Origin: Candidatus Thiovulum karukerense
GTDB lineage: Bacteria; Campylobacterota; Campylobacteria; Campylobacterales; Thiovulaceae
Assembly: GCA_024281215.1 (NCBI GenBank)
Contig: JAMJTX010000134.1
Coordinates: 1,569-65,568 of the forward strand
DNA: 64,000 nucleotides
Direction: 5' to 3'
A model generated the notes under the pieces. That model saw only the letters and a list, made by a program, of their open reading frames with translations, ran no database searches and was not told the origin of the DNA. Below, piece by piece: positions 49,048-59,815 of the stretch. Position numbers and translations under genes: made by a program. The first letter of the stretch is position 1. Every line of letters begins with the position of its first letter.

Positions 49048-49928
49048 GTATTGAAGAGATAAAAAGAGAACGAGAGAAGTGGTTTTCTTGGAAAAATATT
49101 AAACCGCTTCGAGAGATGTTAGAGAGTCTTAAGATTGAATCAGGTGAGTTAAGTTTTCAAGATGGAGCTGTATCCCTCTCTCAAAAAGCTACTGATGAGG
49201 TAATTGAACTAGCCAAAGCATTAAAACCTTGGCGAAAAGGTCCTTTTAAAATTGGAGATATGTTTATCGACAGTGAGTGGCAGAGTCAAATTAAATACTC
49301 AATTATTGAGCCACACTTAGATATTGAGGGTGGAGTTGTTGGTGATATTGGTTGTAACAATGGATATTATATGTTCAGAATGTTAGAGAAGAGACCAAAA
49401 GAGATAATCGGTTTTGACCCATCGCCTCTATATAGAACTCAATTTGATTTTATCAATAAATTTATCCAGTCAGATATTCAATATGAGCTACTTGGAGTTG
49501 AACACATTGAGAGTTATGGAGTTGAGTTTGATACTCTTCTCTGTCTTGGAGTCCTATATCATCGAAGCGATCCTGTTGCAACTCTCAAATCATTACGAGC
49601 TGGACTTAAAAAAGGTGGAACTCTCATTTTGGATACTTTCTATATTGAGGGTGATGGAGATTATGCACTTGTTCCAGATGGAAAATACTCAAAAATTCCA
49701 AATATCTACTTTGTTCCAACAGTCTCAGCTCTTCATAACTGGTCAAAAAAAGCAAAATTCTCAGCATTTGAAGTTATTGGAGAGTTTCCAACAACAGTTG
49801 ATGAGCAGAGAAAGACTGAGTGGATTGATGGAGAGAGTCTTGGAGAGTTTCTAGATCCTAAAGATAGCTCTAAAACAGTTGAGGGGTATCCAGCACCAAG
49901 ACGAATATATGTAAAATTGAGCAGATAA
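49044..49928 (+). CDS. cmoB: tRNA U34 carboxymethyltransferase
   Basis: [40 protein letters not shown]. Confidence 0.95.
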   Translation: MSIEEIKREREKWFSWKNIKPLREMLESLKIESGELSFQDGAVSLSQKATDEVIELAKALKPWRKGPFKIGDMFIDSEWQSQIKYSIIEPHLDIEGGVVGDIGCNNGYYMFRMLEKRPKEIIGFDPSPLYRTQFDFINKFIQSDIQYELLGVEHIESYGVEFDTLLCLGVLYHRSDPVATLKSLRAGLKKGGTLILDTFYIEGDGDYALVPDGKYSKIPNIYFVPTVSALHNWSKKAKFSAFEVIGEFPTTVDEQRKTEWIDGESLGEFLDPKDSSKTVEGYPAPRRIYVKLSR

Positions 49929-50073
49929 TCAACTGAAAAGCTATCTCCATATCTCTATTACAAGAGATTATAGTTTTGCTTTTTAGTGAGAATCAGCAGA
50001 CAATCAAATATGCTACAATTATGGCAGTATAGGGCTTTTAAAATAGAGTGTCATTATTAAAGAGGGAGATTGA

Positions 50074-50547
50074 GTGAAATATATTATAGCTACTGATCAT
50101 GCAGGGGTTGATGTTAAGAACTTTACAAAAGAGCTACTCCAGAAGATGGGGCATGAAGTTGAAGATTTAGGGCCATTCTCAACAGATAGAGTAGATTATC
50201 CAGATTATGCTGAAACACTCTCAAAAAGGGTCGTTGAAGTTGCTGGAGATGTAAGTGAAGAGAGTGACTGGAGAGAGAGTGGTGTCTTTGGAATTCTGAT
50301 CTGTGGAACTGGAATCGGAATGAGCATCACAGCCAATAAAGTCAATGGTGTTAGAGCTGGTCTCTGTCATGATGCCTACACATCAGCAATGGCAAGAGCT
50401 CACAATAATGCCAATGTTCTCTGTTTTGGTGCAAGAACTTCAGGTGAAGGGACAATTGAGTCTATGATAGAGGCTTGGGACAAAACTGCTTTTGAGGGTG
50501 GAAGACATCTTCAAAGAGTTAAGAAGATAAATCAGTTAGATAGATAG
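50074..50547 (+). CDS. rpiB: Ribose-5-phosphate isomerase B
   Basis: DHAG, DYPD, CGTGIG, HNNANVL, FEGGRH. Confidence 0.96.
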   Translation: MKYIIATDHAGVDVKNFTKELLQKMGHEVEDLGPFSTDRVDYPDYAETLSKRVVEVAGDVSEESDWRESGVFGILICGTGIGMSITANKVNGVRAGLCHDAYTSAMARAHNNANVLCFGARTSGEGTIESMIEAWDKTAFEGGRHLQRVKKINQLDR

Positions 50548-50551
50548 AGTT

Positions 50552-50884
50552 ATGTTTTTAGAGTGGTCACTATTAACTTTTGTAACAATAGTAGCTTCTT
50601 TTCTCTTTCTTCAAGTTCTCTTCTATAAAAATCTTTTTGAGAGAGAGCAGAAGGGGATTAAAGTGATGAAGACTACCCTTCGAGAGGCTGAAACATTGAT
50701 TAGAAAATATCAAGTTCAACTTCAAAGGTCTCTTGGAAATGTTGATCTGATGACCTCTGAGATGATGTCAATTAAGAGTGACTTAAAGGGTGTAAAACAG
50801 TCTCATGCTACTCTCAAATTTGAGAAAAAGAGATTAGAAGAGGAGTTAGCAACTCTTCAAAATAAGATAGATGCTTTAACATAG
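50552..50884 (+). CDS. Membrane-anchored coiled-coil hypothetical protein
   Basis: N-terminal TM followed by heptad-rich helix. Confidence 0.65.
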   Translation: MFLEWSLLTFVTIVASFLFLQVLFYKNLFEREQKGIKVMKTTLREAETLIRKYQVQLQRSLGNVDLMTSEMMSIKSDLKGVKQSHATLKFEKKRLEEELATLQNKIDALT

Positions 50885-50893
50885 GAGAATATA

Positions 50894-51637
50894 TTGAAAT
50901 TTAGTGGAAAGAATGTATTAGTTACAGGTTCAAGTCGAGGAATTGGTGCAGAGATTGCTCGAACACTCGCAGAGTATGGACTTAAAGTTTGGATCAGCTA
51001 TCGAAGTGGGGCTGATGAAGCAGATAAACTTCATAATGAACTTCAAGAGAGAGGACTTCAATCTGCTGTTATAGGATTTGATGTTAGCAATGAAGATGAG
51101 TTTATAGGGGCTATCAAGACAATTATTGATGCTGATGGTGAGTTGAGCTATTTAGTAAATAATGCTGGTATCACAAATGATAAACTTGCTATAAGAATGA
51201 AAGGTGAGGATTTTGACTCTGTTATTAGAGCAAACCTAAATTCAACATTCTATGGTTGTCGAGAGGCTCTAAAAGCTATGAATAAAAAGAGATTTGGTGC
51301 TGTTGTTAATATCTCATCGATTGTTGGTGAGACTGGAAATGCTGGACAGACAAACTACTCAGCTTCAAAAGGTGCAGTTATCTCAATGACAAAGAGTTTT
51401 GCGCTTGAGGGTTCAGCTCGTGGTATCCGATTCAATGCAATTACCCCAGGGTTTATTGAGACAGATATGACAGCCACTCTAAAAGATGAGATTAAAGATA
51501 GTTACATCTCAAATATTCCTTTAAAGAGATTTGGAAGCGGTCGAGAAGTTGCAGAAGCGACAGCTTTTCTTCTGAGTGATGGAGCTGGTTACATAACTGG
51601 TGAGACTCTAAAAGTTAATGGTGGATTAAGTATGTAA
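50894..51637 (+). CDS. fabG: 3-oxoacyl-ACP reductase
   Basis: TGSSRGIG, NNAGIT, GNAGQTNYSASK. Confidence 0.95.
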   Translation: MKFSGKNVLVTGSSRGIGAEIARTLAEYGLKVWISYRSGADEADKLHNELQERGLQSAVIGFDVSNEDEFIGAIKTIIDADGELSYLVNNAGITNDKLAIRMKGEDFDSVIRANLNSTFYGCREALKAMNKKRFGAVVNISSIVGETGNAGQTNYSASKGAVISMTKSFALEGSARGIRFNAITPGFIETDMTATLKDEIKDSYISNIPLKRFGSGREVAEATAFLLSDGAGYITGETLKVNGGLSM

Positions 51638-51665
51638 CTTCTGTTACATATTTTAAAGGTTTAGT

Positions 51666-52166
51666 TTGAATAACAATTTAGATTCGTTACGAAATGAGTT
51701 TGAGCAGTTTGTTGCTGAGAAGTGTTCTACAAGTGAAGATGGGAGTTGTGAAACTGGTGAAGAGGAGATTCCTGAAGAGGAGTTACCCTATTTTACGGAG
51801 GAGCTATCTAAAAAGCTTTTAGCCCCAGAGTATTCTGGAGTTAATCTATCAAGAATTGATCTTAAAAGAATCAGTGATGAACTTGATGATAGTGTAGCAA
51901 TTCAGGATCGAAAGAGAATGCTGAAGGCGATTCTCAGACACAAACAGACAAAAGAGGAGCTAAAGAGCATTTTTGATATGGTTGAACTCCATATGAATGG
52001 TAGAGTTCTAATATATAGAGAGATAGCAGAAGCATATCCATCATCAGCTGATGTTATGAACTCATACATTGAGAAAGTGGATCGAATGAGACGAACTTTC
52101 AAGAGAATTATTGATGATTTTGAAGATATGAATCCAGAGGCTGAACCAATTCACTTTGATGACTAG
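51666..52166 (+). CDS. Hypothetical acidic protein
   Basis: Co-oriented ORF with AAGG upstream of TTG. Confidence 0.65.
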   Translation: MNNNLDSLRNEFEQFVAEKCSTSEDGSCETGEEEIPEEELPYFTEELSKKLLAPEYSGVNLSRIDLKRISDELDDSVAIQDRKRMLKAILRHKQTKEELKSIFDMVELHMNGRVLIYREIAEAYPSSADVMNSYIEKVDRMRRTFKRIIDDFEDMNPEAEPIHFDD

Positions 52167-52218
52167 CTCTGTGATAGATTTAAGGAGGTGCAGTCTCTAA
52201 AAATTTGACTGCCAAGAG

Positions 52219-53028
52219 ATGAAGTACGATACACTCTTCCCGATGAACAACCTGAAAAAGCTTAATCAGTTGGAAGCAGAGCAGTCGAGCAGAGCTGGAT
52301 TAATTAAGTATGGCTCAAAAGTTCCATTAACAATGGATATTTTAGAGAGATTAGATCCTCTGAGCTATCTTCTTCAAATGAATGGTAAAAAGGCTTTTGC
52401 TGAGAGTGAGAAGCTTCTTGAACCTGGGATGAAGTATTGGGGTGAAGCTACTCATAAAAGGGGAGAGAAGTTCGTTATTAAAAACCTTATCAAAGAACCG
52501 GCTTTTTTTCGTCAAGTTCAAGATAATGCTTTTGTTGATGCCAAAAAGGTTCTTGAGGCATTTTCAAGTAACTCAAAGACTCCATTTGAAGCAAAATTCA
52601 AACAAGAGATAATTTCTCAAATGGCAAATAGCTCTAGTCGAGAAGAGTTTATATTTCTAAATCAGCTTCTACTATCTATGGAGAATCAAGTTATCTCTAT
52701 TCCTATCACATATGAGGATCGTTCAGCTCTATTTCAATATAAGTATGGTCGTGAAAAGAAAAAAAAAGAGGAAGATGGAGTAAAGACTCTTGACTTTTAT
52801 GCCCTTTTTGAGACTCTTGGACCAATGAAAGGAAAGTTGATATATTATCAAGATGGTATCAGTGTAAATGTAGAGGTCAATTTTGAGGCTTCTAAAGAGT
52901 TTTTAATGAGAAATATTGTAACTAATAGTTCAATAAAGGATATGGAGATTGTTGTAAAAGTTGTTGAGAGTGAGATTCAACCACTATACTCCTTTACACA
53001 AAACAATCTTCTTGATCTTCGAACATAA
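52219..53028 (+). CDS. Hypothetical protein
   Basis: 269-aa ORF ending LLDLRT. No confident family. Confidence 0.65.
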   Translation: MKYDTLFPMNNLKKLNQLEAEQSSRAGLIKYGSKVPLTMDILERLDPLSYLLQMNGKKAFAESEKLLEPGMKYWGEATHKRGEKFVIKNLIKEPAFFRQVQDNAFVDAKKVLEAFSSNSKTPFEAKFKQEIISQMANSSSREEFIFLNQLLLSMENQVISIPITYEDRSALFQYKYGREKKKKEEDGVKTLDFYALFETLGPMKGKLIYYQDGISVNVEVNFEASKEFLMRNIVTNSSIKDMEIVVKVVESEIQPLYSFTQNNLLDLRT

Positions 53029-53096
53029 GTTTCAAATATTTTTAACAAAATAATTAATATAATTTTAAGATTTTTTAATAGGTATTGGGGAATAAC

Positions 53097-54533
53097 ATGA
53101 TTACTTGGATGCAGAATAATAAGAAGTATCTAATCGTTACACTTTGGATAAGTGCCATAGCATTTATCGGGGCAGGTTTTGTTGGTTGGGGTTCATACCA
53201 ATATGGTAGTAAGAGCCAATCGATAGCTAGAGTCGGTGAAGTCGATATTAAGATGTCTGAGCTTCAAATTACATATAGTAATCTTTATGGATACTATTCA
53301 CAGATGTTTGGTGGCAATTTTGACGAAGCGATGGCAAAACAGCTACGACTTGAAGAGAATGCTTTTAATATTCTTAAAAGAGAAGCTCTTATGATTAACC
53401 TCGCTAAAGAGTATGGTCTTCGAGTTTTAGATGAGGAAATTGCAGAAAACATCTTTAAAAATGAGAATTTCTTTAAAGAGGGTAAGTTTAATCGAGAACA
53501 GTATGAGTTAATTCTTAAAAATAGTCGTTTAACTCCAAAAGAGTATGAGGCTAGATTATCAAAAGTTATTCTTATCTCTAAGCTTAAAGAGTTACTAAAA
53601 ATATCTGTAACACCTTTTGAAGAGGAGGTGATTAGCTCAATAACAAAACTTCAAGATAAGTTAGAGATTAAGATCTTAACAGTTGGAGATGTTGAGGTGG
53701 AGGTATCTGAGAGTGATATTAGAGCCTCTTGGGAGCTTACAAAAAACAGCTATATGAGTGATGAGGTCTATAATGTCTCATATATAGAGACTCCTCTACT
53801 TGATAAAATCTACTCTGCAACAGAGATTGAAGAGTTCTACAATACTAATGCACTTGAGTATAGTGACTCGCTTGAAAAAGTTAAATCTCAAGTAATTGAA
53901 GATATGCTCAAAAAAGATAGTAAAAAAGATGCAATGAGAGACTATATCTCATTTAAAAAGGGTGAATTTAGCGGTGATGTATCATCAGACACTATTACAG
54001 CTGTAAACCTTCTCCTATCACCTGAAGATATGAATGAGTTAAAGACTCTTCAAACCGGTGATGTTATGAAACCTAAATACTCTAATGGCAGATATATCAC
54101 TGTTAAACTTGACTCTATTAAAGCTCCGGAAGTTGAGCCTTTTGAGAAAGTTTCACACCTTGTAAAAAGTAATCTTGAACTTCAGAAGAGAGAAGAGAAG
54201 CTTTTAGAGGTAGCAAAAGCTGAGTATCAAAACTTCTCTGGTGAGAAGACAGACTATTTAGATGTTACCGGTGTTGATAAGATTAAAGGTCTATTTCCAC
54301 AAGAGGCTAGTCAATTACTGAATACTATTTTCACACAATCTGTTGATGCTGGTTTTGTAAAACTTGGTTCTAAAGTTGCAATGTATAGAGTGCTTGAGCA
54401 GAAGATTAGTGATAGTAGCAGTGAAGATATTGACAAAGAGACGATCACAAATCTGAAAGAGCAGATTCTTGATAACAATTTAATTAAAAAATTGGAGTAT
54501 CATTACCCAGTTGAAACCTATTTTAAAGGATAA
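53097..54533 (+). CDS. ppiD: PpiD/SurA-N-domain periplasmic chaperone
   Basis: MITWMQ..W.S.IAFIGAGFVGWG N-terminus. Upstream of ftsA. Confidence 0.8.
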   Translation: MITWMQNNKKYLIVTLWISAIAFIGAGFVGWGSYQYGSKSQSIARVGEVDIKMSELQITYSNLYGYYSQMFGGNFDEAMAKQLRLEENAFNILKREALMINLAKEYGLRVLDEEIAENIFKNENFFKEGKFNREQYELILKNSRLTPKEYEARLSKVILISKLKELLKISVTPFEEEVISSITKLQDKLEIKILTVGDVEVEVSESDIRASWELTKNSYMSDEVYNVSYIETPLLDKIYSATEIEEFYNTNALEYSDSLEKVKSQVIEDMLKKDSKKDAMRDYISFKKGEFSGDVSSDTITAVNLLLSPEDMNELKTLQTGDVMKPKYSNGRYITVKLDSIKAPEVEPFEKVSHLVKSNLELQKREEKLLEVAKAEYQNFSGEKTDYLDVTGVDKIKGLFPQEASQLLNTIFTQSVDAGFVKLGSKVAMYRVLEQKISDSSSEDIDKETITNLKEQILDNNLIKKLEYHYPVETYFKG

Positions 54534-54536
54534 ATT

Positions 54537-56102
54537 TTGGAGAGCAGTAAGAACATTTTAGCTATTGATGTAGGCTCAACAAAGGTATGTGCAATAATCG
54601 CCGAGGAGAAGGGTCATAGTGGCGATGTTAGAATTATTGGTGCTGGAGTTGAAAAGTCGCAGGGGTTGAAGAGAGGTTCAATCACAAACATTGATTTAGC
54701 ATCAAAATCTATCAAGAGTGCATTCGAAGATGCAAAAAGAGTTGCTGGAACATTTGAGACAGAGGCTATTGTATCTATATCTGGAGCTTATGCGAAGAGC
54801 ATTGACAGTACAGGTATTGTTAATGTTCCAAATGGTGAAATTGGTCTTGTTGAAATAGATAGAGTAATGCAGACAGCTAGATATAATGCCAATGTCCCGT
54901 CTGATTACGATATCCTCCATATTCTGCCATACAACTTTAAAGTTGATGAGCAAGATTTTGTAGAAGATCCCCTCGGAATGAATGCTTCAAGACTTGAAGC
55001 TTTTGTCCATATTATTGTTACTCCAAAATCAAACTACAATAACCTAAAAAGAGCAGTTGAGTCTGCTGGACTAAAAGTAAAAAACATTGTTCTAAATAGC
55101 TATGCCTCATATATTGCAACTGTTAATCATGACGAGAGAAGTCTCGGAGTTGGTGTTATTGATATGGGTGGTAATACAAGTAGTTTTGTTATCCAAGCAT
55201 CAGGTAATGCAATTAGACATAATGGATTTTTAGGTGTGGGTTCAAATCATATTACAAATGACCTTTCAATGGCTCTCCACACACCTGTCACGGTTGCTGA
55301 AAATGTAAAAACAACTTATGGTAATCTTAACTTTTATAGTGATGATCTAATTGAGTTGCCAGTTATTGGTGATGAGCATTCAACTCACGAAGTATCTTTA
55401 GATATAGTTGGTCAAGTTATACATGCCAGAGTTGCAGAGACTCTTGAATTGATAGCTCAACAGATTGATGCAAGTGGCTTACGACAAGATATTGGTGGTG
55501 GTTTTGTTTTGACTGGTGGTCTTACAAAGCTTGATGGTGTTCGAGAATTAGCTATGCAGATCTTTGATGCACCAATCAGACTAGCAAAACCTAAACATAT
55601 CAGCGGACTTTTTGAGAGTTTAAGAGACCCTGCTTTTTCCACATCAATAGGTCTTATTATGTACTCAACAGGACACTACTCTCTCTATGAGTTTGATTCA
55701 AATGGAAAGATGAGATACAACGAAGATAGTGTTGAGCAGAATCAGATTCCAAATCAGATATCTCTTGATAATATCTCTCCTCAATCATTTCAGAGAACTG
55801 TTCAGCAACAAAATCAAAGACCTGAACCAAGAAGAGAAGCTCCTCAATACAGCAATAACCAACAACAACCAAATATCGGTATGGGAGCTATTCCAACAAT
55901 GGGAATACCACCACAAGGTGGAGGTAACAATTCAAATAAACCACAAAAGGGTCCCCAGCAACAACAGCCTATTGGTGGTGAATTAAAACAGACAGACTAT
56001 TATGATCAGATGAAGGGAGGAAATGGGTTAAATCTCCAACCAGGCAAAAATCAAAATAGTGCGGTATCAAAGATGTGGCAGTGGGTCACACAGCTATTTT
56101 AA
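54537..56102 (+). CDS. ftsA: Cell division protein FtsA with extended C-terminal linker
   Basis: IDVGSTK, IDMGG, VLTGG and C-terminal amphipathic helix. Confidence 0.95.
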   Translation: MESSKNILAIDVGSTKVCAIIAEEKGHSGDVRIIGAGVEKSQGLKRGSITNIDLASKSIKSAFEDAKRVAGTFETEAIVSISGAYAKSIDSTGIVNVPNGEIGLVEIDRVMQTARYNANVPSDYDILHILPYNFKVDEQDFVEDPLGMNASRLEAFVHIIVTPKSNYNNLKRAVESAGLKVKNIVLNSYASYIATVNHDERSLGVGVIDMGGNTSSFVIQASGNAIRHNGFLGVGSNHITNDLSMALHTPVTVAENVKTTYGNLNFYSDDLIELPVIGDEHSTHEVSLDIVGQVIHARVAETLELIAQQIDASGLRQDIGGGFVLTGGLTKLDGVRELAMQIFDAPIRLAKPKHISGLFESLRDPAFSTSIGLIMYSTGHYSLYEFDSNGKMRYNEDSVEQNQIPNQISLDNISPQSFQRTVQQQNQRPEPRREAPQYSNNQQQPNIGMGAIPTMGIPPQGGGNNSNKPQKGPQQQQPIGGELKQTDYYDQMKGGNGLNLQPGKNQNSAVSKMWQWVTQLF

Positions 56103-56115
56103 TTAGGAGAGACAG

Positions 56116-57618
56116 ATGTCATATATTATAGAAGAGGTTTTACAAGAGGAGCTTAGCGGAGCTAAGATAAAGGTCATCGGAGTCGGTGGTGGTGGTGGAA
56201 ATATGATCAACCACATGATTCAGAATGGTGTCCAAGATATTGAGATGATTGTTGCAAATACAGATGCACAAGTTCTTGAGAGGTCGCTCTGTCCAAATAG
56301 AATTCAACTTGGTGCGAAGCTTACAAAAGGTCTTGGTGCCGGAATGGTTCCTGAGATTGGGAAAGAGTCAGCTATCGAGAATGCAGAAGAGATTCGAGAG
56401 TATCTTGATGGGGCTGATATTGTCTTTATCGCTGCTGGACTTGGTGGAGGAACAGGAACAGGTGCTTCACCAGTCATTGCACAGATAGCACGAGAGGCTG
56501 GAGCTTTAACTATCTCTGTCGTAACAAAACCTTTTATGTTTGAGGGTGGAAAACGGGATAAGTTAGCTAGAGCTGGTCTTGAAGAGCTTAAAAAAGAGAG
56601 TGACTCTATTGTTGTTATACCTAATGATAAGCTTCTCTCAATTGTTGATAAAGGTCTTGGTCTAAAAGAGAGCTTTAAAATTGTTGATGAGGTTCTTGCT
56701 CGTGCTGTAACAGGAACAAGTGGAATCATTCTTGCAAGTGGAGATCAAGATATTAACCTTGACTTTGCTGACTTGAGAACAGTTATGAGTTATAGAGGTC
56801 TTGCTCTTATGGGTATGGGACAAGCTGAGGGTGAGAAGTCAGCTTATGAGGCTATCAAAAATGCTATTGAATCACCTCTTCTTGATGATGTATCCATTCA
56901 TGGAGCTATGGGGATTCTTGTACATTTCAATATCCACCCTAACTATCCACTTATTGAGCTTACGAGTGCAATGGAGGTGGTTAAAGAGAATGCTGATAGT
57001 GATGCGACTATCATTATGGGTACAACAACTGATGAGACTCTACCAGAAGACTTTGTTAAGATAACTCTTATTGCAACAGGCTTTGAAAAAGCTGAAGAGG
57101 AGAAGAAAAAAATCACTACAAAAGAGAGTGATGGTACTAACCTCAATATTATGCAGAGAAGAATCCAAAAGCCAGAAGCTTCTCAACAACCAGCTTCAAA
57201 GGGGCAACAACCATCTGCACAGCCAAAACCACAGCAACCACAAGTCGATGAAAAACCTCAGTTTCAACCTCAACAGCAGAGCCAAGCTCAAACAAATCAG
57301 TTTCAACAACCTGCTCAACCTGAATTTGAAGAGCAACCTGCACACTCATATCAGCAACAGGGTGGATTTGGAAGTCAGAGTAGTTTCGGGAGTCAGAGAC
57401 CACAGGCTAGACCTCAAAACTTTGGACAACAGCAACATAATGGGTTTGGAAATAGTTTTGGTGGAAACCAACATAGCAGATCTCAAGGCTTTGGGCAACA
57501 GAGTGGATTTGGAGATGCTCCAAAGAGACCGAGTTATACAAAACAGGATAAAAATCAACACATCAGTGAAGAGTATTTAGATGTACCAACTTGGTTGAGA
57601 CAACGAGGAAACAAGTAA
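56116..57618 (+). CDS. ftsZ: Cell division protein FtsZ with long low-complexity linker
   Basis: GVGGGGGN, GGGTGTG, INLDFAD, YLDVPTWLR. Confidence 0.98.
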   Translation: MSYIIEEVLQEELSGAKIKVIGVGGGGGNMINHMIQNGVQDIEMIVANTDAQVLERSLCPNRIQLGAKLTKGLGAGMVPEIGKESAIENAEEIREYLDGADIVFIAAGLGGGTGTGASPVIAQIAREAGALTISVVTKPFMFEGGKRDKLARAGLEELKKESDSIVVIPNDKLLSIVDKGLGLKESFKIVDEVLARAVTGTSGIILASGDQDINLDFADLRTVMSYRGLALMGMGQAEGEKSAYEAIKNAIESPLLDDVSIHGAMGILVHFNIHPNYPLIELTSAMEVVKENADSDATIIMGTTTDETLPEDFVKITLIATGFEKAEEEKKKITTKESDGTNLNIMQRRIQKPEASQQPASKGQQPSAQPKPQQPQVDEKPQFQPQQQSQAQTNQFQQPAQPEFEEQPAHSYQQQGGFGSQSSFGSQRPQARPQNFGQQQHNGFGNSFGGNQHSRSQGFGQQSGFGDAPKRPSYTKQDKNQHISEEYLDVPTWLRQRGNK

Positions 57619-57660
57619 AACTTGCTCCAAATATTTAAAAAGATATTGAAAGGATTAGGA

Positions 57661-58161
57661 TTGAGAGGCGAACTTAAAAATTATAATTTATCAGAAGATG
57701 AGATTAAAAAATTAAACTATGTAAAGATGACAACATCAAAAGGTGTTATTTGGCTAAAACTATTTAACGATGAAGTTCCAAACACTGTTGCAAATTTTTC
57801 ACACCTTATTGGAGAAGGATTCTACAATGGACTTAACTTTCACCGAGTTATAGCTGGTTTTATGGCTCAAGGTGGTTGTCCAACAGGAACAGGGACAGGT
57901 GGTCCTGGTTGGAGGATTCCGTGCGAAACAGCTCTTAATACTCATACACATAAGAGAGGAACTCTATCAATGGCTCATGCCGGACCAAATACAGGTGGAA
58001 GTCAATTCTTTATCTGTTTTGTAGATTGTCCTCATCTTAATGGTGTTCATACAGTTTTTGGAGCGATTGAAGATAGCGATTCAGCAAGTTTTGAAGTGCT
58101 TGATTCGATTCGACAAAATGATATTATGGAAAAACTAGAAGTTCTAGCAGAGAAAGAGTAA
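57661..58161 (+). CDS. Cyclophilin-type peptidyl-prolyl isomerase
   Basis: FHRVIAGFMAQGG, SMAHAG.NTGGSQFFI, HTVFG. TTG at 57661 follows AGGA. Confidence 0.93.
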   Translation: MRGELKNYNLSEDEIKKLNYVKMTTSKGVIWLKLFNDEVPNTVANFSHLIGEGFYNGLNFHRVIAGFMAQGGCPTGTGTGGPGWRIPCETALNTHTHKRGTLSMAHAGPNTGGSQFFICFVDCPHLNGVHTVFGAIEDSDSASFEVLDSIRQNDIMEKLEVLAEKE

Positions 58162-58172
58162 GGAGCATAGTA

Positions 58173-59123
58173 TTGATCTCTACTGTTTTTGGACCAATTA
58201 ACTCAAGACGATTTGGAACTTCACTTGGTGTGGATCTCTCTCCAAACTTAAAACAGTGCAATTTTGATTGCCTCTACTGTGAGCTTGGTGGAGAGAGACA
58301 TAGAGTTAATCATCAAGTTGATCCAATCGTTAGTTCAAAAATTTTAGTAGAGATTGAAGACTCTTTAAAAAAATTTAAAGATGTTGATGTTCTCACATTT
58401 ACAGCAAATGGAGAACCAACACTATATTCTGATCTAGACAATCTTATTATTCGTGTAAATCGAATTAAGTCTCAATATGGTATTAAAACACTTATCCTCT
58501 CAAATAGTGGCAATATCTGGTTTCCTGAAATTAAAAAATCTCTTCTAAAGTTTGATAAAGTTAAACTCTCTCTTGATTGTGCAACTGAAGATTGTTTTCA
58601 GAAGATGGATAGACCTATGAAAGGGATTGATGTTGAAGCTATTAAAAATGGTATCCTTGATTTTAGTAGAGAGTATCGGGGAGAACTATATATTGAGATT
58701 CTATTTCTGGAGAATATTAATGCAAATGAGGCTGAAATAGCAGAGTTAAATAGATTTCTCTTAACACTCCCAAAGCTCTTTCGAGTCGATATTGGTACAG
58801 TTGAGAGACCTCCTGCCTATGATGTACAACCTGTAAATTATAGTAAGCTCTTTAGAATTTCACACCTTTTTGATAGCTCTCTTCCTATTTTAATTACTAA
58901 ACATCAAGAGAAAAAAGGGGTTAAGAACCATCTTACAAAGAGTGAACTTCTCCATACTATTAAACTTCGCCCTTTAACCCATTATGATATAGCATCTCTA
59001 TTTGATTTAGCAACTGGTGAAAATCTAAACTTATTGATAGCAGAAAAGATGATAGAGACAAAAGTTGTTGGTGGAATAGAGTTTTATATACCAACACACC
59101 ATATTAAAGATAGAATCTTATAA
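58173..59123 (+). CDS. Radical SAM protein
   Basis: FGP..SRRFG.SLG, CNFDCLYC, GEPTL. Confidence 0.9.
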   Translation: MISTVFGPINSRRFGTSLGVDLSPNLKQCNFDCLYCELGGERHRVNHQVDPIVSSKILVEIEDSLKKFKDVDVLTFTANGEPTLYSDLDNLIIRVNRIKSQYGIKTLILSNSGNIWFPEIKKSLLKFDKVKLSLDCATEDCFQKMDRPMKGIDVEAIKNGILDFSREYRGELYIEILFLENINANEAEIAELNRFLLTLPKLFRVDIGTVERPPAYDVQPVNYSKLFRISHLFDSSLPILITKHQEKKGVKNHLTKSELLHTIKLRPLTHYDIASLFDLATGENLNLLIAEKMIETKVVGGIEFYIPTHHIKDRIL

Positions 59124-59206
59124 CTTATATTTATATAAAAACTTCAAGATACTCTAAGCTATATTAATATAGGATTGAATCTAATTAAAGATTTAGGAGT
59201 TCTATT

Positions 59207-59767
59207 ATGTTTAAGACTACTCTCTTAACCTCTATTCTTGCCCTATCATTGGTGGCTGGTGAATATGTTATCGACTCTTCGCACTCTCAAATTGGTTTCT
59301 CAATTAAGCATATGATGATAAGTAATGTTAAAGGTGAGTTTAAAAACTATGATGGAGACATTGAGTTTGATGAAAAATTGAACAGATTTACCACTCTCTC
59401 AGGTGAGGTAGAGGTAGATTCAATTGATACGGGTATAGAGAAGAGGGATAACCACCTTCGAAGCTCAGACTTCTTTGACTCAAAAAAGTTTCCGACAATC
59501 AACTTCTCTATGATAAAACAGAGTGGAGATATTATTGATGCTGATTTAACTATTCATGGTGTTACAAAAAGAGTTAAATTAGAGGTAGAAATGGGTGGTA
59601 TAGCTCAAGATCCTTGGGGTAATCAAAGAATAGGCTTTTCACTCTATGGTAAAATTAAAAGAAGTGATTTTGGTCTCTCTTGGAATAAAACTATTGAAAC
59701 AGGTGGGTTTCTTGTAGGAGATGATGTTAAGTTAATTATTGATATTGAGGGAATATCAATGGACTAG
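59207..59767 (+). CDS. yceI: YceI family periplasmic protein
   Basis: HS.IGF.IKH, RDNHLRS.DFFD, DPWG, RSDFG. Confidence 0.92.
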   Translation: MFKTTLLTSILALSLVAGEYVIDSSHSQIGFSIKHMMISNVKGEFKNYDGDIEFDEKLNRFTTLSGEVEVDSIDTGIEKRDNHLRSSDFFDSKKFPTINFSMIKQSGDIIDADLTIHGVTKRVKLEVEMGGIAQDPWGNQRIGFSLYGKIKRSDFGLSWNKTIETGGFLVGDDVKLIIDIEGISMD

Positions 59768-59773
59768 AGAGTA

Positions 59774-59805
59774 GATAACTATCCATATCTCAATGGGTAG
59801 TTATC
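59774..59805. terminator. Hairpin between convergent yceI and fabH
   Basis: GATAACTATCCAT / ATGGGTAGTTATC followed by an A-run. Confidence 0.65.
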
Positions 59806-59815
59806 AAAAAGTCTC

